A stretch of DNA of 64,000 nt from an uncultured Alphaproteobacteria bacterium. Lineage in GTDB: Bacteria; Pseudomonadota; Alphaproteobacteria; ATCC43930; CGMCC-115725. Each line of letters begins with the position of its first letter. The first letter of the stretch is position 1. The notes under the pieces are model-generated. The model was given only the letters and a program-made list of their open reading frames with translations. It was not told the origin of the DNA and ran no database searches. Where the stretch lies: the NCBI GenBank assembly GCA_963733945.1, contig CAVTFD010000015.1, positions 26,728-90,727 of the forward strand. The letters run 5' to 3'. Shown here in pieces: positions 40,133 to 49,336 of the stretch. Position numbers and translations under genes: made by a program.

Positions 40133-40402
40133 TTGGCTAAGGAAGATCTGATCGAATTCGACGGCACGGTGCTCGAGCTGCTACCCGATGCGCGGTTTCG
40201 CGTGCGGCTCGACAATGGGCACGAGACCCTTGCCTACTCCTCGGGCAGAATGAAGAAAAATCGCATCCGGATCTTGGCCGGCGATCGGGTTACGGTCGAA
40301 ATGACCCCCTACGATTTGACCAAGGGTCGAATCAACTTCCGCCACAAGGACGAGCGAGCGGCGCCGCCGATGACGCCGCGCCCACAATTTCGTCGGCGCT
40401 GA
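40133..40402 (+). CDS. infA: translation initiation factor IF-1
   Basis: [66 protein letters not shown]. Apparent TTG start after AGGAGA. Confidence 0.95.
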   Translation: MAKEDLIEFDGTVLELLPDARFRVRLDNGHETLAYSSGRMKKNRIRILAGDRVTVEMTPYDLTKGRINFRHKDERAAPPMTPRPQFRRR

Positions 40403-40530
40403 CGAGGTGCTGCCCTGTTCTACCGGCATGTCTCAGAGTCTAGAAAAGGTTTGACAAGTTAATGGTCAGACCCGACTTAAGCTAAAGGTTCCAACCTAAC
40501 CGATTGTTACGAAAAGGCTACAACTGCTCA

Positions 40531-42009
40531 ATGGGTTTTTCAGAACTCGACCTATCGCCTGAGGTTCTTCAGGCAGTTTCCGACGCCGGCTATACGACCC
40601 CCACCCCGATCCAGGAACAAGCGATCCCGCATGTCAAAAGCGCGCGGGACGTTCTGGGCTGCGCGCAGACCGGGACCGGCAAAACCGCAAGCTTTGTGTT
40701 GCCGATGATCGATATGCTGGCGGCGGGCCGGTCGCGAGCGCGGATGCCGCGCTCACTGATCCTCGAACCGACGCGCGAGCTGGCGACTCAGGTCGCCGCG
40801 TCTTTCGAACTCTACGGCAAATACCACCGCCTGACGATGGCGTTGCTGATCGGCGGCGAGAGCTTTGTCGATCAGGAGCGCAAGCTCGATCGCGGCGTCG
40901 ATGTGCTGATCGCGACACCGGGGCGCCTACTCGACCTGCATGGGCGCGGCAAGATCCTGTTGTCTGATGCGCACATTCTGGTCATCGACGAAGCCGACCG
41001 GATGCTCGACATGGGCTTCATCCCCGATGTCGAGCGGATCGTCGGCTTGCTGCCGAAGAACCGACAGACCTTGTTCTTCTCGGCGACGATGCCGGCCGAA
41101 ATCCGCACGCTCGCCGACGCCTTTCTCAGCAACCCGGTGGAAATCGCCGTCGCACCACCAGCCTCGCCGGCCGCACTGGTGATCCAGTCGCTCGCCGTCG
41201 TCGACCCGCGAGATAAACGTGATGCGCTGCGTCGCCTGATCGCTTCAGAAGACGTTAAGAATGCGCTGATCTTCTGTAACCGCAAACGGGACGTCGATAT
41301 TCTGTTCAAGTCGCTCGCCCGCCACGGTTTCGATGCTGCGGCGCTGCACGGAGACATGCCCCAGCCAAAGCGAACCGAGACCTTGGAGCGCTTCAAGCGG
41401 GGCGAGATCCGGCTGCTGGTCGCCAGCGACGTCGCCGCCCGGGGGCTCGACATCAAAGGCATGAGCCACGTCTTCTGCTTCGACGTGCCGATCCACGCCG
41501 AAGATTACGTGCACCGCATCGGCCGCACCGGCCGCGCCGGCCTTTCCGGCCGATCGTTCATGCTGGCGGCGCCCGAGGATGGAAAAGCAGTCGCCGAGAT
41601 CGTCAAGCTGATCGGCAAGGACATACCGATGCACGAAATCGAGGGCGTCGCTCCCGCCGAACTCGACTACACCGCACGCCGCGAACGCGGGTCACGGCCG
41701 AGTTCACGGATCGCTCGGCCCGAGCGTCCGGCGCGTGCTGGCGGCGATGGCCGCCCCACCCCTCCGGCGCCGGCAAAGGGGCGACCGGCGCATGCCAAGC
41801 AGCGGCCGGCGGTTGCCGCGGCCGCACGATCCGACCCCGCTGAGCATAGAGCCAACGGCGCGACGGTAACCCCGTTCCCGCGCGCCGCCGCGCCGCGCCG
41901 CCCGCGCCAGCCCGAGCGGAACATCGACGAGGATCGCAAGATCATCGGTTTCGGCGATGATCTGCCGGCCTTTCTCGCCCGTCCGCCGCGCATCGTCGCC
42001 AGGCCCTGA
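40531..42009 (+). CDS. DEAD-box ATP-dependent RNA helicase (RhlE-like)
   Basis: Q-motif TPTPIQEQAIP, then AQTGTGKT, PTRELA, VIDEADRM (DEAD), SAT, and HRIGRTGRAG. Basic Arg/Pro-rich C-terminal tail. The ATG at 40531 is preferred over the track start at 40504. Confidence 0.9.
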   Translation: MGFSELDLSPEVLQAVSDAGYTTPTPIQEQAIPHVKSARDVLGCAQTGTGKTASFVLPMIDMLAAGRSRARMPRSLILEPTRELATQVAASFELYGKYHRLTMALLIGGESFVDQERKLDRGVDVLIATPGRLLDLHGRGKILLSDAHILVIDEADRMLDMGFIPDVERIVGLLPKNRQTLFFSATMPAEIRTLADAFLSNPVEIAVAPPASPAALVIQSLAVVDPRDKRDALRRLIASEDVKNALIFCNRKRDVDILFKSLARHGFDAAALHGDMPQPKRTETLERFKRGEIRLLVASDVAARGLDIKGMSHVFCFDVPIHAEDYVHRIGRTGRAGLSGRSFMLAAPEDGKAVAEIVKLIGKDIPMHEIEGVAPAELDYTARRERGSRPSSRIARPERPARAGGDGRPTPPAPAKGRPAHAKQRPAVAAAARSDPAEHRANGATVTPFPRAAAPRRPRQPERNIDEDRKIIGFGDDLPAFLARPPRIVARP

Positions 42010-42027
42010 TCCGATCCGCGGGCCGCG

Positions 42028-42285
42028 ATGAAGACGATCTTCATCATGGTCAAGTGCGAGCTCGGGCAGGCCTACACCGTGGCCGATGAGGCGGTCCAGG
42101 GCGTCGAGCAGGTTTCAGAGGTCTATTCGACCTCGGGCCAATACGATCTCTTGATGAAATGCTACTTGCCGGACGAGACCGACATCGGCCGGTTTGTCAC
42201 CGAGCGCGTACAGATGCTGCCCGGCGTCAAGGACACATTTACGATCATTGCTTTCAAGGCATTCTCGGAAGATTCATCGGCCTAG
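42028..42285 (+). CDS. stand-alone Lrp/AsnC ligand-binding (RAM) domain protein
   Basis: 85 aa. IFIMVKCELG...VSEVYSTSGQYDLLMKCY...F.TERVQMLPGVKDT.T matches the AsnC_trans_reg domain pattern. Confidence 0.75.
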   Translation: MKTIFIMVKCELGQAYTVADEAVQGVEQVSEVYSTSGQYDLLMKCYLPDETDIGRFVTERVQMLPGVKDTFTIIAFKAFSEDSSA

Positions 42286-42366
42286 CCGAGCTGCCTCGAC
42301 CGTCTCCCCTTGCATTCGCGCTCGAGCAATGCCATCCCCGGTTTCGATGATTGGGAAAGGTGGACG

Positions 42367-42691
42367 ATGAGCGCGGCAGAAACGGGCTGGGTGAGAGTGG
42401 CCGGACGAGCCGATCTGGCCTCGGGCGAGGTCATCGGCGTCGAGGCCGCGCGGCCATTCGATAGCGATCTACGACTGCGACGAAGGCCTTTTCGCCACCG
42501 ACAATATATGCACCCATGCCTATGCGTGCCTGTCCGACGGCTGGCTCGACGGCGAGACCATCGAGTGCCCGCTGCATGCCGCGCGCTTCGACATTCGCAC
42601 CGGCAAGGTGCTCGATCCTCCAGCCACCGAAGATCTAAAGACCTACCCCGTCCGCCTCGTCGGCGACGACATCGAAGTCAAAGTCGACTAA
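42367..42691 (+). pseudogene. Rieske [2Fe-2S] ferredoxin, split by an apparent +1 frameshift
   Basis: Frame 1 reads MSAAETGWVRVAGRADLASGEVIGVEAA. After one extra base at about 42448-42452 (GCG-c-GGC), the +1 frame reads GHSIAIYDCDEGLFATDNICTHAYACLSDGWLDGETIECPLHAARFDIRTGKV...VKVD-stop (TAA 42689-42691). It contains both Rieske boxes, CTH and CPLH. Confidence 0.85.
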
Positions 42692-42707
42692 GCCGCCTTC
42701 CCAACTT

Positions 42708-43868
42708 TCATCCATAAACCCGCCGGTAGAGCGCGATGATCTCGTCGCTCGTCGGCACCAGCGGGTTGTTGGCGGGCGAGCCCGAGGCCAGCGCCTGGCT
42801 CGCCATCACTGGCAGCAATTCCTCGTAGCGCCCGGCATCGATCCCCCACTCGCGTGGGGTCGGCACCTTTAAATCCTGGTTGAGCTGGCGTAGTTCGTTG
42901 AGCAGCCGCGCGACCGCGCCCTGGCTGCCTTCGCCTTCCTCGGCGATCCCCATCGAGCGCGCGCAATCGGCATAGCGGTCGAGTGCGGCCGGCACGGAGA
43001 ACGCGGTGATCTCGGGCAACAGCATCGCGTTCGACAGCCCGTGCGGCACGTGAAAGAACGCGCCGATCGGCCGGCTCATGCCATGGACGAGGGCGACGCT
43101 TGCATTCGAGAACGCCATCCCCGCCGTGGAGGCGCCGAGCATCATCGCCTCCCGCGCCGCCCGGTTGTCGGGCTCCGCGCAGGCGGTGCGGATATGCCGT
43201 GCGATCAGTCCCATCGCATTTTTGGCGAGCCCGTCGGTATAAGGGCTGGCGCGGCGGCTGACATAAGCCTCGATCGCATGGGTCAGGCTGTCGAGGCCGG
43301 TATCGGCTGTGAGTCGCAACGGCATCGTCAAAGTCAGCTCGTAATCGACGATCGCCGCCAGCGGGCAGCAGGCCAAGCCAGCGATCAGCATTTTCTCGTC
43401 GGTCGCGGTATCGGTGATGACCGTGAACCGGGTAACCTCCGAGCCGGTGCCGGCGGTGGTCGGGATCGCCACGACAGGCGGCCCGGCCGTCGGGATCTCG
43501 GCCGGGACCTTGTAGTCGCGCATCTGCCCGCCATTGGCGGCGAGCACGCTCATCGCCTTCGCGGTATCGATCGAGCTGCCGCCGCCGACCGCGACGAGGC
43601 TGTCGAACCCACCCTCGGCGAGCATTCGCGCCCCGGCCTCGACTACCGCCGTGGTCGGATCCGGAACCGTGTCGGCAAAGACTTCCCAGCGGATATGTGC
43701 CCGGTCGAGCAGCGCCGTTGCGCGTTCCAGAATGCCGCAGCCGCGGATATAGGGATCGGTGACGACCAGCGGTCGGGCGAGCCCGAAACGCTGCAACATG
43801 CCGGGCAACTCGGCGAGCGCCCCGCCGCCGACCGCCATCAGCCGCGGTGTGGTGATCGTCGCAACCAT
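42708..43868 (-). CDS. iron-containing (group III) alcohol dehydrogenase
   Basis: GGGSSIDTAKA, AIPTTAGTGSEVT and VHGMSRPIGAFFHVPHG motifs. The ATG at 43868 follows a GGAGGGAGG Shine-Dalgarno. The upstream part of the track ORF overlaps tusA. Confidence 0.9.
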   Translation of the reverse strand: MVATITTPRLMAVGGGALAELPGMLQRFGLARPLVVTDPYIRGCGILERATALLDRAHIRWEVFADTVPDPTTAVVEAGARMLAEGGFDSLVAVGGGSSIDTAKAMSVLAANGGQMRDYKVPAEIPTAGPPVVAIPTTAGTGSEVTRFTVITDTATDEKMLIAGLACCPLAAIVDYELTLTMPLRLTADTGLDSLTHAIEAYVSRRASPYTDGLAKNAMGLIARHIRTACAEPDNRAAREAMMLGASTAGMAFSNASVALVHGMSRPIGAFFHVPHGLSNAMLLPEITAFSVPAALDRYADCARSMGIAEEGEGSQGAVARLLNELRQLNQDLKVPTPREWGIDAGRYEELLPVMASQALASGSPANNPLVPTSDEIIALYRRVYG

Positions 43869-43885
43869 GTCGGCCTCCCTCCGGC

Positions 43886-44134
43886 TCAGCCCGGCTTTTT
43901 TAGCCGAAAGCGCAAGACGCCGCCCGGTTCTTCGCTGGACTCCAATAGCCGGCAGCCGGTGGTCTGGCAGAAATGTTCGAAATCCTTGACCGCCCCAGGA
44001 TCGGTTGCCAGCACTTCGAGGACCGCGCCGGGCGGCAGCGGTTTCAATGCCCGCCGCGCCTTCAATACCGGCAGCGGGCACAACAGCCCGGTCGCGTCGA
44101 GGGTGGTGGCGGTGTCGGCTGTCGCTTCCGTCAT
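43886..44134 (-). CDS. TusA/SirA-family sulfurtransferase
   Basis: 82 aa. LDATGLLCPLPVLKARRAL (CPxP active-site motif). Confidence 0.8.
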   Translation of the reverse strand: MTEATADTATTLDATGLLCPLPVLKARRALKPLPPGAVLEVLATDPGAVKDFEHFCQTTGCRLLESSEEPGGVLRFRLKKPG

Positions 44135-44168
44135 GGCGCAGACATCTCAGTCAGCTATGGCGAGACGA

Positions 44169-44197
44169 ATTTTAGCGATCGACCGAACGGCCGGCAA
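44169..44197 (-). promoter_or_regulatory. candidate sigma70-type promoter P1 for tusA-adh (inside repeat copy 1)
   Basis: The minus strand reads TTGCCG, a 17-nt spacer, then TAAAAT. The -10 element lies about 35 nt upstream of the tusA ATG. Confidence 0.4.
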
Positions 44198-44237
44198 CCA
44201 GGCCGCCTGACAATCTCGGTCAGCTATGGCGAGACGA

Positions 44238-44267
44238 ATTTTAGCGGATCGACCGAACGGCCGGCAA
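44238..44267 (-). promoter_or_regulatory. candidate promoter P2 (inside repeat copy 2; 18-nt spacer)
   Basis: Same TTGCCG and TAAAAT hexamers, with the spacer lengthened to 18 nt by the extra base. Confidence 0.3.
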
Positions 44268-44330
44268 CCAGGCCGCCTGTTCCACCTGTCTCAGCGCGGG
44301 TGGCAGCCTTTGCGAGTTGCAGTCGGACAC

Positions 44331-45080
44331 TCAACCCCGCCGGGAACGGCGGGGGGCAACCAGCCATTCGCGGAGGATCGTTCGGAGTACACGAAATCCA
44401 TCTGGGATCGCACGCAAATTACTGTTGCCGCTGATCCGGGGCGACTCGAAGCTGGCAACCTCGACGATTTTCAATTTATTTTTCAATGCTCGCACATTGA
44501 TCAGGGTGTCGATCTCAAACCCGTCGCAATCACAACCGAGGCAATCTATGTGCCTTGCCCAGAAAGCCATGTAGCCGTAACATAAATCGGTAAATTTACA
44601 CCCATAGAGTAAGCGAACAATTTTGGTCAATCCGCGATTACCAAGATCGCGGAAAAATGAAATATCGTCACTCCCCGCGCCTTGCATATTGCGCGAACCT
44701 TTCACGAGGTCGGCCCCGGCCAAGAGGGCGCCAAGAAACACGACGGCTTCCTCGGGTGCCATCGACCCATCCGCATCGAGTATCACAATGATTTCACCAC
44801 GAGCGGCGCGGAACCCGGCCCTTAAGGCAGCACCCTTACCTCGTCGTATTTCAAGCACGACCCGCACATCGTGGCGCAATTGGCGCGCAACCTCAACGGT
44901 GCTGTCGGTGGAGCGACCGTCGACAATGATGACCTCGTGCGCCCAATCGGGGATCCGTGGAAGTAAATGTGGGAGATTGTTCGCTTCGTTGAGCGTAGGA
45001 ATAACGAAGCTAACCAAGGGCAGCTTAAAATGGGATGCGAGTCGCGCTGGGGACACCATTTGTGAAACATCCGAGCTCAT
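44331..45080 (-). CDS. GT2-family glycosyltransferase (polyprenyl-phosphate sugar transferase-like)
   Basis: VSFVIPTLNEANNL, IIVDGRSTDST, GKGAALRAGF and IVILDADGS (DxD) motifs. Confidence 0.85.
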   Translation of the reverse strand: MSSDVSQMVSPARLASHFKLPLVSFVIPTLNEANNLPHLLPRIPDWAHEVIIVDGRSTDSTVEVARQLRHDVRVVLEIRRGKGAALRAGFRAARGEIIVILDADGSMAPEEAVVFLGALLAGADLVKGSRNMQGAGSDDISFFRDLGNRGLTKIVRLLYGCKFTDLCYGYMAFWARHIDCLGCDCDGFEIDTLINVRALKNKLKIVEVASFESPRISGNSNLRAIPDGFRVLRTILREWLVAPRRSRRG

Positions 45081-45137
45081 CTCTTGTCATTCCCTTGAAA
45101 CGTCTAATTTTTCTTCCCAAATGTAAAACGGAATACC

Positions 45138-45371
45138 CTACCTGTTACTATTTTCTTTGGTTGATGCACGACGCCATATGATTTCTGAGCCGCGCGTTGC
45201 ACACACATGAACTTGACAACAGTGCCGATCATGCCGAAGCTCAAAGGTAGCAGAAATGGCTCCGTCAATCCGTGCGTAAGTCGGATTGAATTGGATCAGG
45301 ATTTCATCAGAATAAAAACAAAGAATTAACGTACCGAAAAATATCAATGATACACCAAATAAAAGCGACAT
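45138..45371 (-). CDS. possible small membrane protein (77 aa), hypothetical
   Basis: MSLLFGVSLIFFGTLILCFY is a TM helix. Lies in a low-GC spacer between the GT39-like and GT2 genes. May be noncoding. Confidence 0.25.
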   Translation of the reverse strand: MSLLFGVSLIFFGTLILCFYSDEILIQFNPTYARIDGAISATFELRHDRHCCQVHVCATRGSEIIWRRASTKENSNR

Positions 45372-45617
45372 TTTGTCGCGAGACTTGCGATAGCGGCCCC
45401 GACTCGAACAACATGGGGTGGGCATCATTCATGCTTAGCATGCGCCAATTATGCCTTGACGTCAAAAAGAAAACCGAGAGGTCGGGCGCGCGCGGGGGGC
45501 ATATGACTCCCGGCGTCGCGCAACACGGCAGTCATTTGGCGGTGCGAGTGCGTCACCGCCTCGCTCTCCCAACCGCTTCATCCGGCCGCTCGCTGCATCG
45601 TGGCGTGTGCCGCAGAC

Positions 45618-47306
45618 TTACTTGTTGTGCTCGGAGAAGCGGCCGCCAATCAGCGGCATGTCGAATGCGAACGGCTCCGCGGTCTCGGCGATCGGGCCGT
45701 CGTATCGGTAGATGCGCAGTTCGTGGTCGTGGTGCGGCGTATTCGCCGCGACAGACACCACTTTCACCAGGCTGAAAGGGGCCGCGGACAACACTGATTC
45801 GAGCGTCGCTATCGTCTCGATATCGGTCCAGAACCCGCTCTCGAATACCACGTAACGGATGCGGAAACGCTTAAAATAACTTTCGATTTCGGCACGGGAG
45901 ACGGAAAGGGGACGCGTGTCGGCGTTGCGGCCCTGGCGGTAGTGCACCAGAAGCTTCTCCGCGCGCAAGACGTGGAGGTCAGATCGCGGGCTGTTGGCGC
46001 GAAGGTTGAAAATAAACGAAGCGGAACGCTGGCCGTGGAACAGGATCGTGGTGCGCTCCGGCGCCAATGACGCGACAAGCTCCGCCGCTGCCTTGTGACC
46101 ATCGACGCGCGGAACCGCAACGGCAGTTGTCCCATAGGCGAACACACCAAGCCCAAAAATAAAGCAGGCGGGGCCGGCCAGGCGGGTAGGGATAAGCCGG
46201 TACAGCGCCGCCACTGCAAACAGTGCGAGCGGAGCCAATATGTGGATTGTGTACCGCTCGTCTTTCAGGTGGATCGCGGTGAAGAAGACATAGCCGACAG
46301 CGAAGGTCACTAGCGAGGTCACCAGCAGCGGGTCGCGCCAGCCGCGCTGAGGCGCGACGATCTCAAGGACCACGAAGAGCACGGCGAGGCCGAGAACCAC
46401 GATGCCGGCCTGAGCGGGCAGCAGGCCGGCATAGTATCCCAGGCTCGACCAAAGATGGTGCGGCCCTTGCGAGGCCGCCTCGCCGGTCGCCAGATCCATG
46501 TCCATCGAGCCGAACCGCAATGTTATCGCGGCCAATGGCGCGAGCAGCACCACTGCAATTGCCGCGGCGATCCACAGCCGCCGCTGGGCAAACGCCGACA
46601 GCCCATGTCGCCACACCAGCATGACGGCGAATACGAAGGCGGCGAAGACAATGGTCTGCTTCACGTACAATCCCGCTACTAGCAAGACAACCGCGAGAAC
46701 AATCTGCCAAGTCTGCTCGTCGCGCAGGTAGCGCACCAGGTAATAAATGGACCAAATCAGGAATGCGTAGGCCGGCATCTCAAGCATTACCTGTCGGCCC
46801 CATAACGTCACGAGCGGTAGCCCAAGCGCGGTAAGCCCGACGCCGACCGCAGCGGCATCGGACATCCAAAGCCGCGCCAGTTGTCGTGTTCCCAGCGCGA
46901 AAGCGAATAAAAAAGCGGTTACCGTCAGCTGTGCGACGAAATGCGACACACCAAACACCGCGAAGAATAACGCCTCGACGATCGGTAACAAAGGCGGATA
47001 GAACAATATGGTCACGGCCGGGTAGCGCATATAGTAATCGATTGCGAAACCGACCGGATCGCGCCACGGCATCGCCGCCACAAAGTCGCGGATAAAGACA
47101 CCGTTCATCGCATGGCTCGGCGCATCGAACCACCAGAAGTCGCCGTTAGTGGGCGCGGTCAACAACAGGATGGCGCAAGCGCAGGCCAAGATTATAGTGC
47201 CGGGCAAAGCAGAGCGTAGTCGCAAATGCCGGGGCAACGAATTCTTAATAAACAATCCTGTCATTATTGGGACATTATCACAGATGGTAGGCGCGGCTGA
47301 AGCCAA
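45618..47306 (-). CDS. GT39/ArnT-like polytopic membrane glycosyltransferase
   Basis: 562 aa. About 11-12 predicted TM helices followed by a soluble C-terminal domain of about 170 aa. The overall architecture matches the PMT_2/ArnT family. The start may be an internal Met (MTGLFIK). Confidence 0.75.
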   Translation of the reverse strand: MASAAPTICDNVPIMTGLFIKNSLPRHLRLRSALPGTIILACACAILLLTAPTNGDFWWFDAPSHAMNGVFIRDFVAAMPWRDPVGFAIDYYMRYPAVTILFYPPLLPIVEALFFAVFGVSHFVAQLTVTAFLFAFALGTRQLARLWMSDAAAVGVGLTALGLPLVTLWGRQVMLEMPAYAFLIWSIYYLVRYLRDEQTWQIVLAVVLLVAGLYVKQTIVFAAFVFAVMLVWRHGLSAFAQRRLWIAAAIAVVLLAPLAAITLRFGSMDMDLATGEAASQGPHHLWSSLGYYAGLLPAQAGIVVLGLAVLFVVLEIVAPQRGWRDPLLVTSLVTFAVGYVFFTAIHLKDERYTIHILAPLALFAVAALYRLIPTRLAGPACFIFGLGVFAYGTTAVAVPRVDGHKAAAELVASLAPERTTILFHGQRSASFIFNLRANSPRSDLHVLRAEKLLVHYRQGRNADTRPLSVSRAEIESYFKRFRIRYVVFESGFWTDIETIATLESVLSAAPFSLVKVVSVAANTPHHDHELRIYRYDGPIAETAEPFAFDMPLIGGRFSEHNK

Positions 47307-47421
47307 TTCCGATACGGCCTTGCACGACCCCTATGTGCGGCCATTCCGATGGCTCGTCGCCGCCAGCAACTCCGCGCCCGGCCGATGGCGGAACATTGCG
47401 ACGATATCGTATCCCGCAGGA

Positions 47422-47913
47422 TCAGGGCGGCGCGAGTTTGCCAAGTAATGCCCGTATTTCCAGCAGCTCACGCCGCACCTCCTCGAGCGCCTCGCGCAGC
47501 ATTTGCCGAGAGGGCAGGGGGCTGCTCGCGGGCCCGGGCGGATCGGCGACCGGCTCGAGTGCGAACAGAGTGGACGGGGCCTCCTCGTCAGCTGGCGGCG
47601 CCGCCGGCTCGTCGTCGCGCAGCGCGCCGTCGCGCAGCAGCTTCTGCACCCCGCGGATCGTGTAGCCTTGCTGATACAGGCACTGCCGGATCCGCCGCAG
47701 CAGATCGACGTCCTCCGGCCGGTAATAACGCCGCCCGCCGCCCCGCTTCAGCGGTTTGACCTGCGGGAATTTGGACTCCCAGAACCGCAGCACGTGCGCC
47801 GGCAGGTCGAGCTCCTCGGCAACTTCGCCGGTCGTCCAAAAAGCGGCGGCGGATTTGCCGTTCCGGCGGGGCGGCTCGCCCTCGTCCGCCCGATGCGCTT
47901 CAGCGCGCGCCAC
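47422..47913 (-). CDS. MerR-family transcriptional regulator (ihfA-linked type)
   Basis: [67 protein letters not shown]. Confidence 0.85.
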   Translation of the reverse strand: MARAEAHRADEGEPPRRNGKSAAAFWTTGEVAEELDLPAHVLRFWESKFPQVKPLKRGGGRRYYRPEDVDLLRRIRQCLYQQGYTIRGVQKLLRDGALRDDEPAAPPADEEAPSTLFALEPVADPPGPASSPLPSRQMLREALEEVRRELLEIRALLGKLAPP

Positions 47914-47914
47914 G

Positions 47915-48253
47915 TCAGCCTGAGGTCGCCTCAGCCGCGCTCTTACCGGTTTCGGCCAGCCCGCTGTTGATCTGATCCTTCAGCGTATGGCTGGCGCGAA
48001 ACACCAGGACCCGGCGCGGGCTGATCGGCACCTCCTGACCGGTCTTGGGATTGCGGCCGACGCGCTGCCCTTTCTGCCGCACGGCAAAACTGCCGAATGA
48101 CGAGATCTTGACCATCTCGCCGCGCTCCAGCGCGCCCGAGATTTCGGCGATCACCAATTCGACCAGCTCGGCCGATTCGTTACGCGACAATCCGACTTCT
48201 TGATAAACCGCTTCGCTGAGCTGAGCGCGTGTTACCGTATGCCCGGCCATCAA
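47915..48253 (-). CDS. ihfA: integration host factor subunit alpha
   Basis: [29 protein letters not shown]...[35 protein letters not shown]. Confidence 0.95.
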   Translation of the reverse strand: MMAGHTVTRAQLSEAVYQEVGLSRNESAELVELVIAEISGALERGEMVKISSFGSFAVRQKGQRVGRNPKTGQEVPISPRRVLVFRASHTLKDQINSGLAETGKSAAEATSG

Positions 48254-48354
48254 CCCCTCCCCGCTTTTGGGGAAGGTTACCCTGGCCGCAAAATCCCGTC
48301 AAATTCCAAAGCGTTGTCCAGCTCGCGCCATGCCGCGACCGAGCTCGCGCCGTG

Positions 48355-49326
48355 CTACCACCGCACCACGCTCGCACCCCAGCTCAAGCCACCGCCGAGC
48401 GCTTCCATCAATATCAGATCTCCCGGCTGGATCCGGCCGTCGGCCACCGCCGTCGCGAGCGCCAACGGGATCGAGGCGGCTGAGGTATTTGCGTGGCGAT
48501 CGATCGTGGTAACGACCTTGGCGGGCGGGAGCCCGAGCTTTCGTCCCACGCCTTCGATAATCCGGCTGTTCGCCTGATGCGGCACCAGCCAGTCGATGTC
48601 CGCTGCGGTCAGTTGGTTGGCGGCGAGCGCCTCGTCGACCACTTCGCTCAGATGTTGGACCGCCCGACGGAAAACCTCGCGTCCCTCCATCCGTAGGAAC
48701 CCGGTACGACGCGTCGAAGACGGCCCGCCGTCGACATAGAGGATGTCATATTGGCGCCCGTCCGAATGCAGATGGTTGGACAGGATGCAACGGCCGCGCG
48801 GTCCCGGGTCGGAAACCGCGCTCAGTACGAGGGCGCCGGCGCCGTCGCCGAACAGGACGCAGGTGCCGCGATCGTCCCAGTCGAGAATTCGCGAAAACGT
48901 CTCGGCGCCGATGACGAGGGCGGTGCGCGCCTGCCCCAGCCGCAGCGCATTGTCAGCTGTAGCCAGGGCAAAGATGAAACCCGCGCACACGGCTTGCAGA
49001 TCGAACGCTGCTCCCCGGTGCATCCCCAACCGGGCCTGCACCCTGGTCGCGGTCGCCGGAAACGTGTTGTCCGGGGTCGCGGAGGCGAGGACGATCAGAT
49101 CGAGATCGCTGCCATTCATGCCGGCGGCGGCCAGCGCCTGTTCGGCCGCGCGCACGGCAAGGTCCGAGGTCAGCTCTCCAACGGCCGCCACACGGCGCTC
49201 GCCGATGCCGGTGCGCTGGCGAATCCATTCGTCCGAAGTGTCGAGCCGGGCGGCGAGTTCGTCATTGGTGACGATCCGCTCGGGCAGATAGGCGCCGCAT
49301 CCGATGATTTGAGATCGCAACGCCAT
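48355..49326 (-). CDS. fabH: beta-ketoacyl-ACP synthase III
   Basis: The ATG at 49326 gives [24 protein letters not shown]. Active-site motifs AVCAGF (Cys), VPHQAN (His) and [10 protein letters not shown] (Asn). Confidence 0.95.
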   Translation of the reverse strand: MALRSQIIGCGAYLPERIVTNDELAARLDTSDEWIRQRTGIGERRVAAVGELTSDLAVRAAEQALAAAGMNGSDLDLIVLASATPDNTFPATATRVQARLGMHRGAAFDLQAVCAGFIFALATADNALRLGQARTALVIGAETFSRILDWDDRGTCVLFGDGAGALVLSAVSDPGPRGRCILSNHLHSDGRQYDILYVDGGPSSTRRTGFLRMEGREVFRRAVQHLSEVVDEALAANQLTAADIDWLVPHQANSRIIEGVGRKLGLPPAKVVTTIDRHANTSAASIPLALATAVADGRIQPGDLILMEALGGGLSWGASVVRW

Positions 49327-49336
49327 TGATGCGGGC

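Larger units (their letters stand above)
44144..44279. repeat. tandem direct duplication (66 nt plus 67 nt, 3-nt spacer)
   Basis: Copy 1 at 44144-44209 and copy 2 at 44213-44279 differ by one A/G substitution and one extra G (AGCGATC versus AGCGGATC). Confidence 0.95.

Noticed and set aside
44144-44279. Possible CRISPR array (also considered for 57467-57651).
   Set aside because: There are only two directly abutting copies with no unique spacers at 44144. The motifs at 57467 are 8-10 nt long and irregularly spaced. No cas genes are present in the window.
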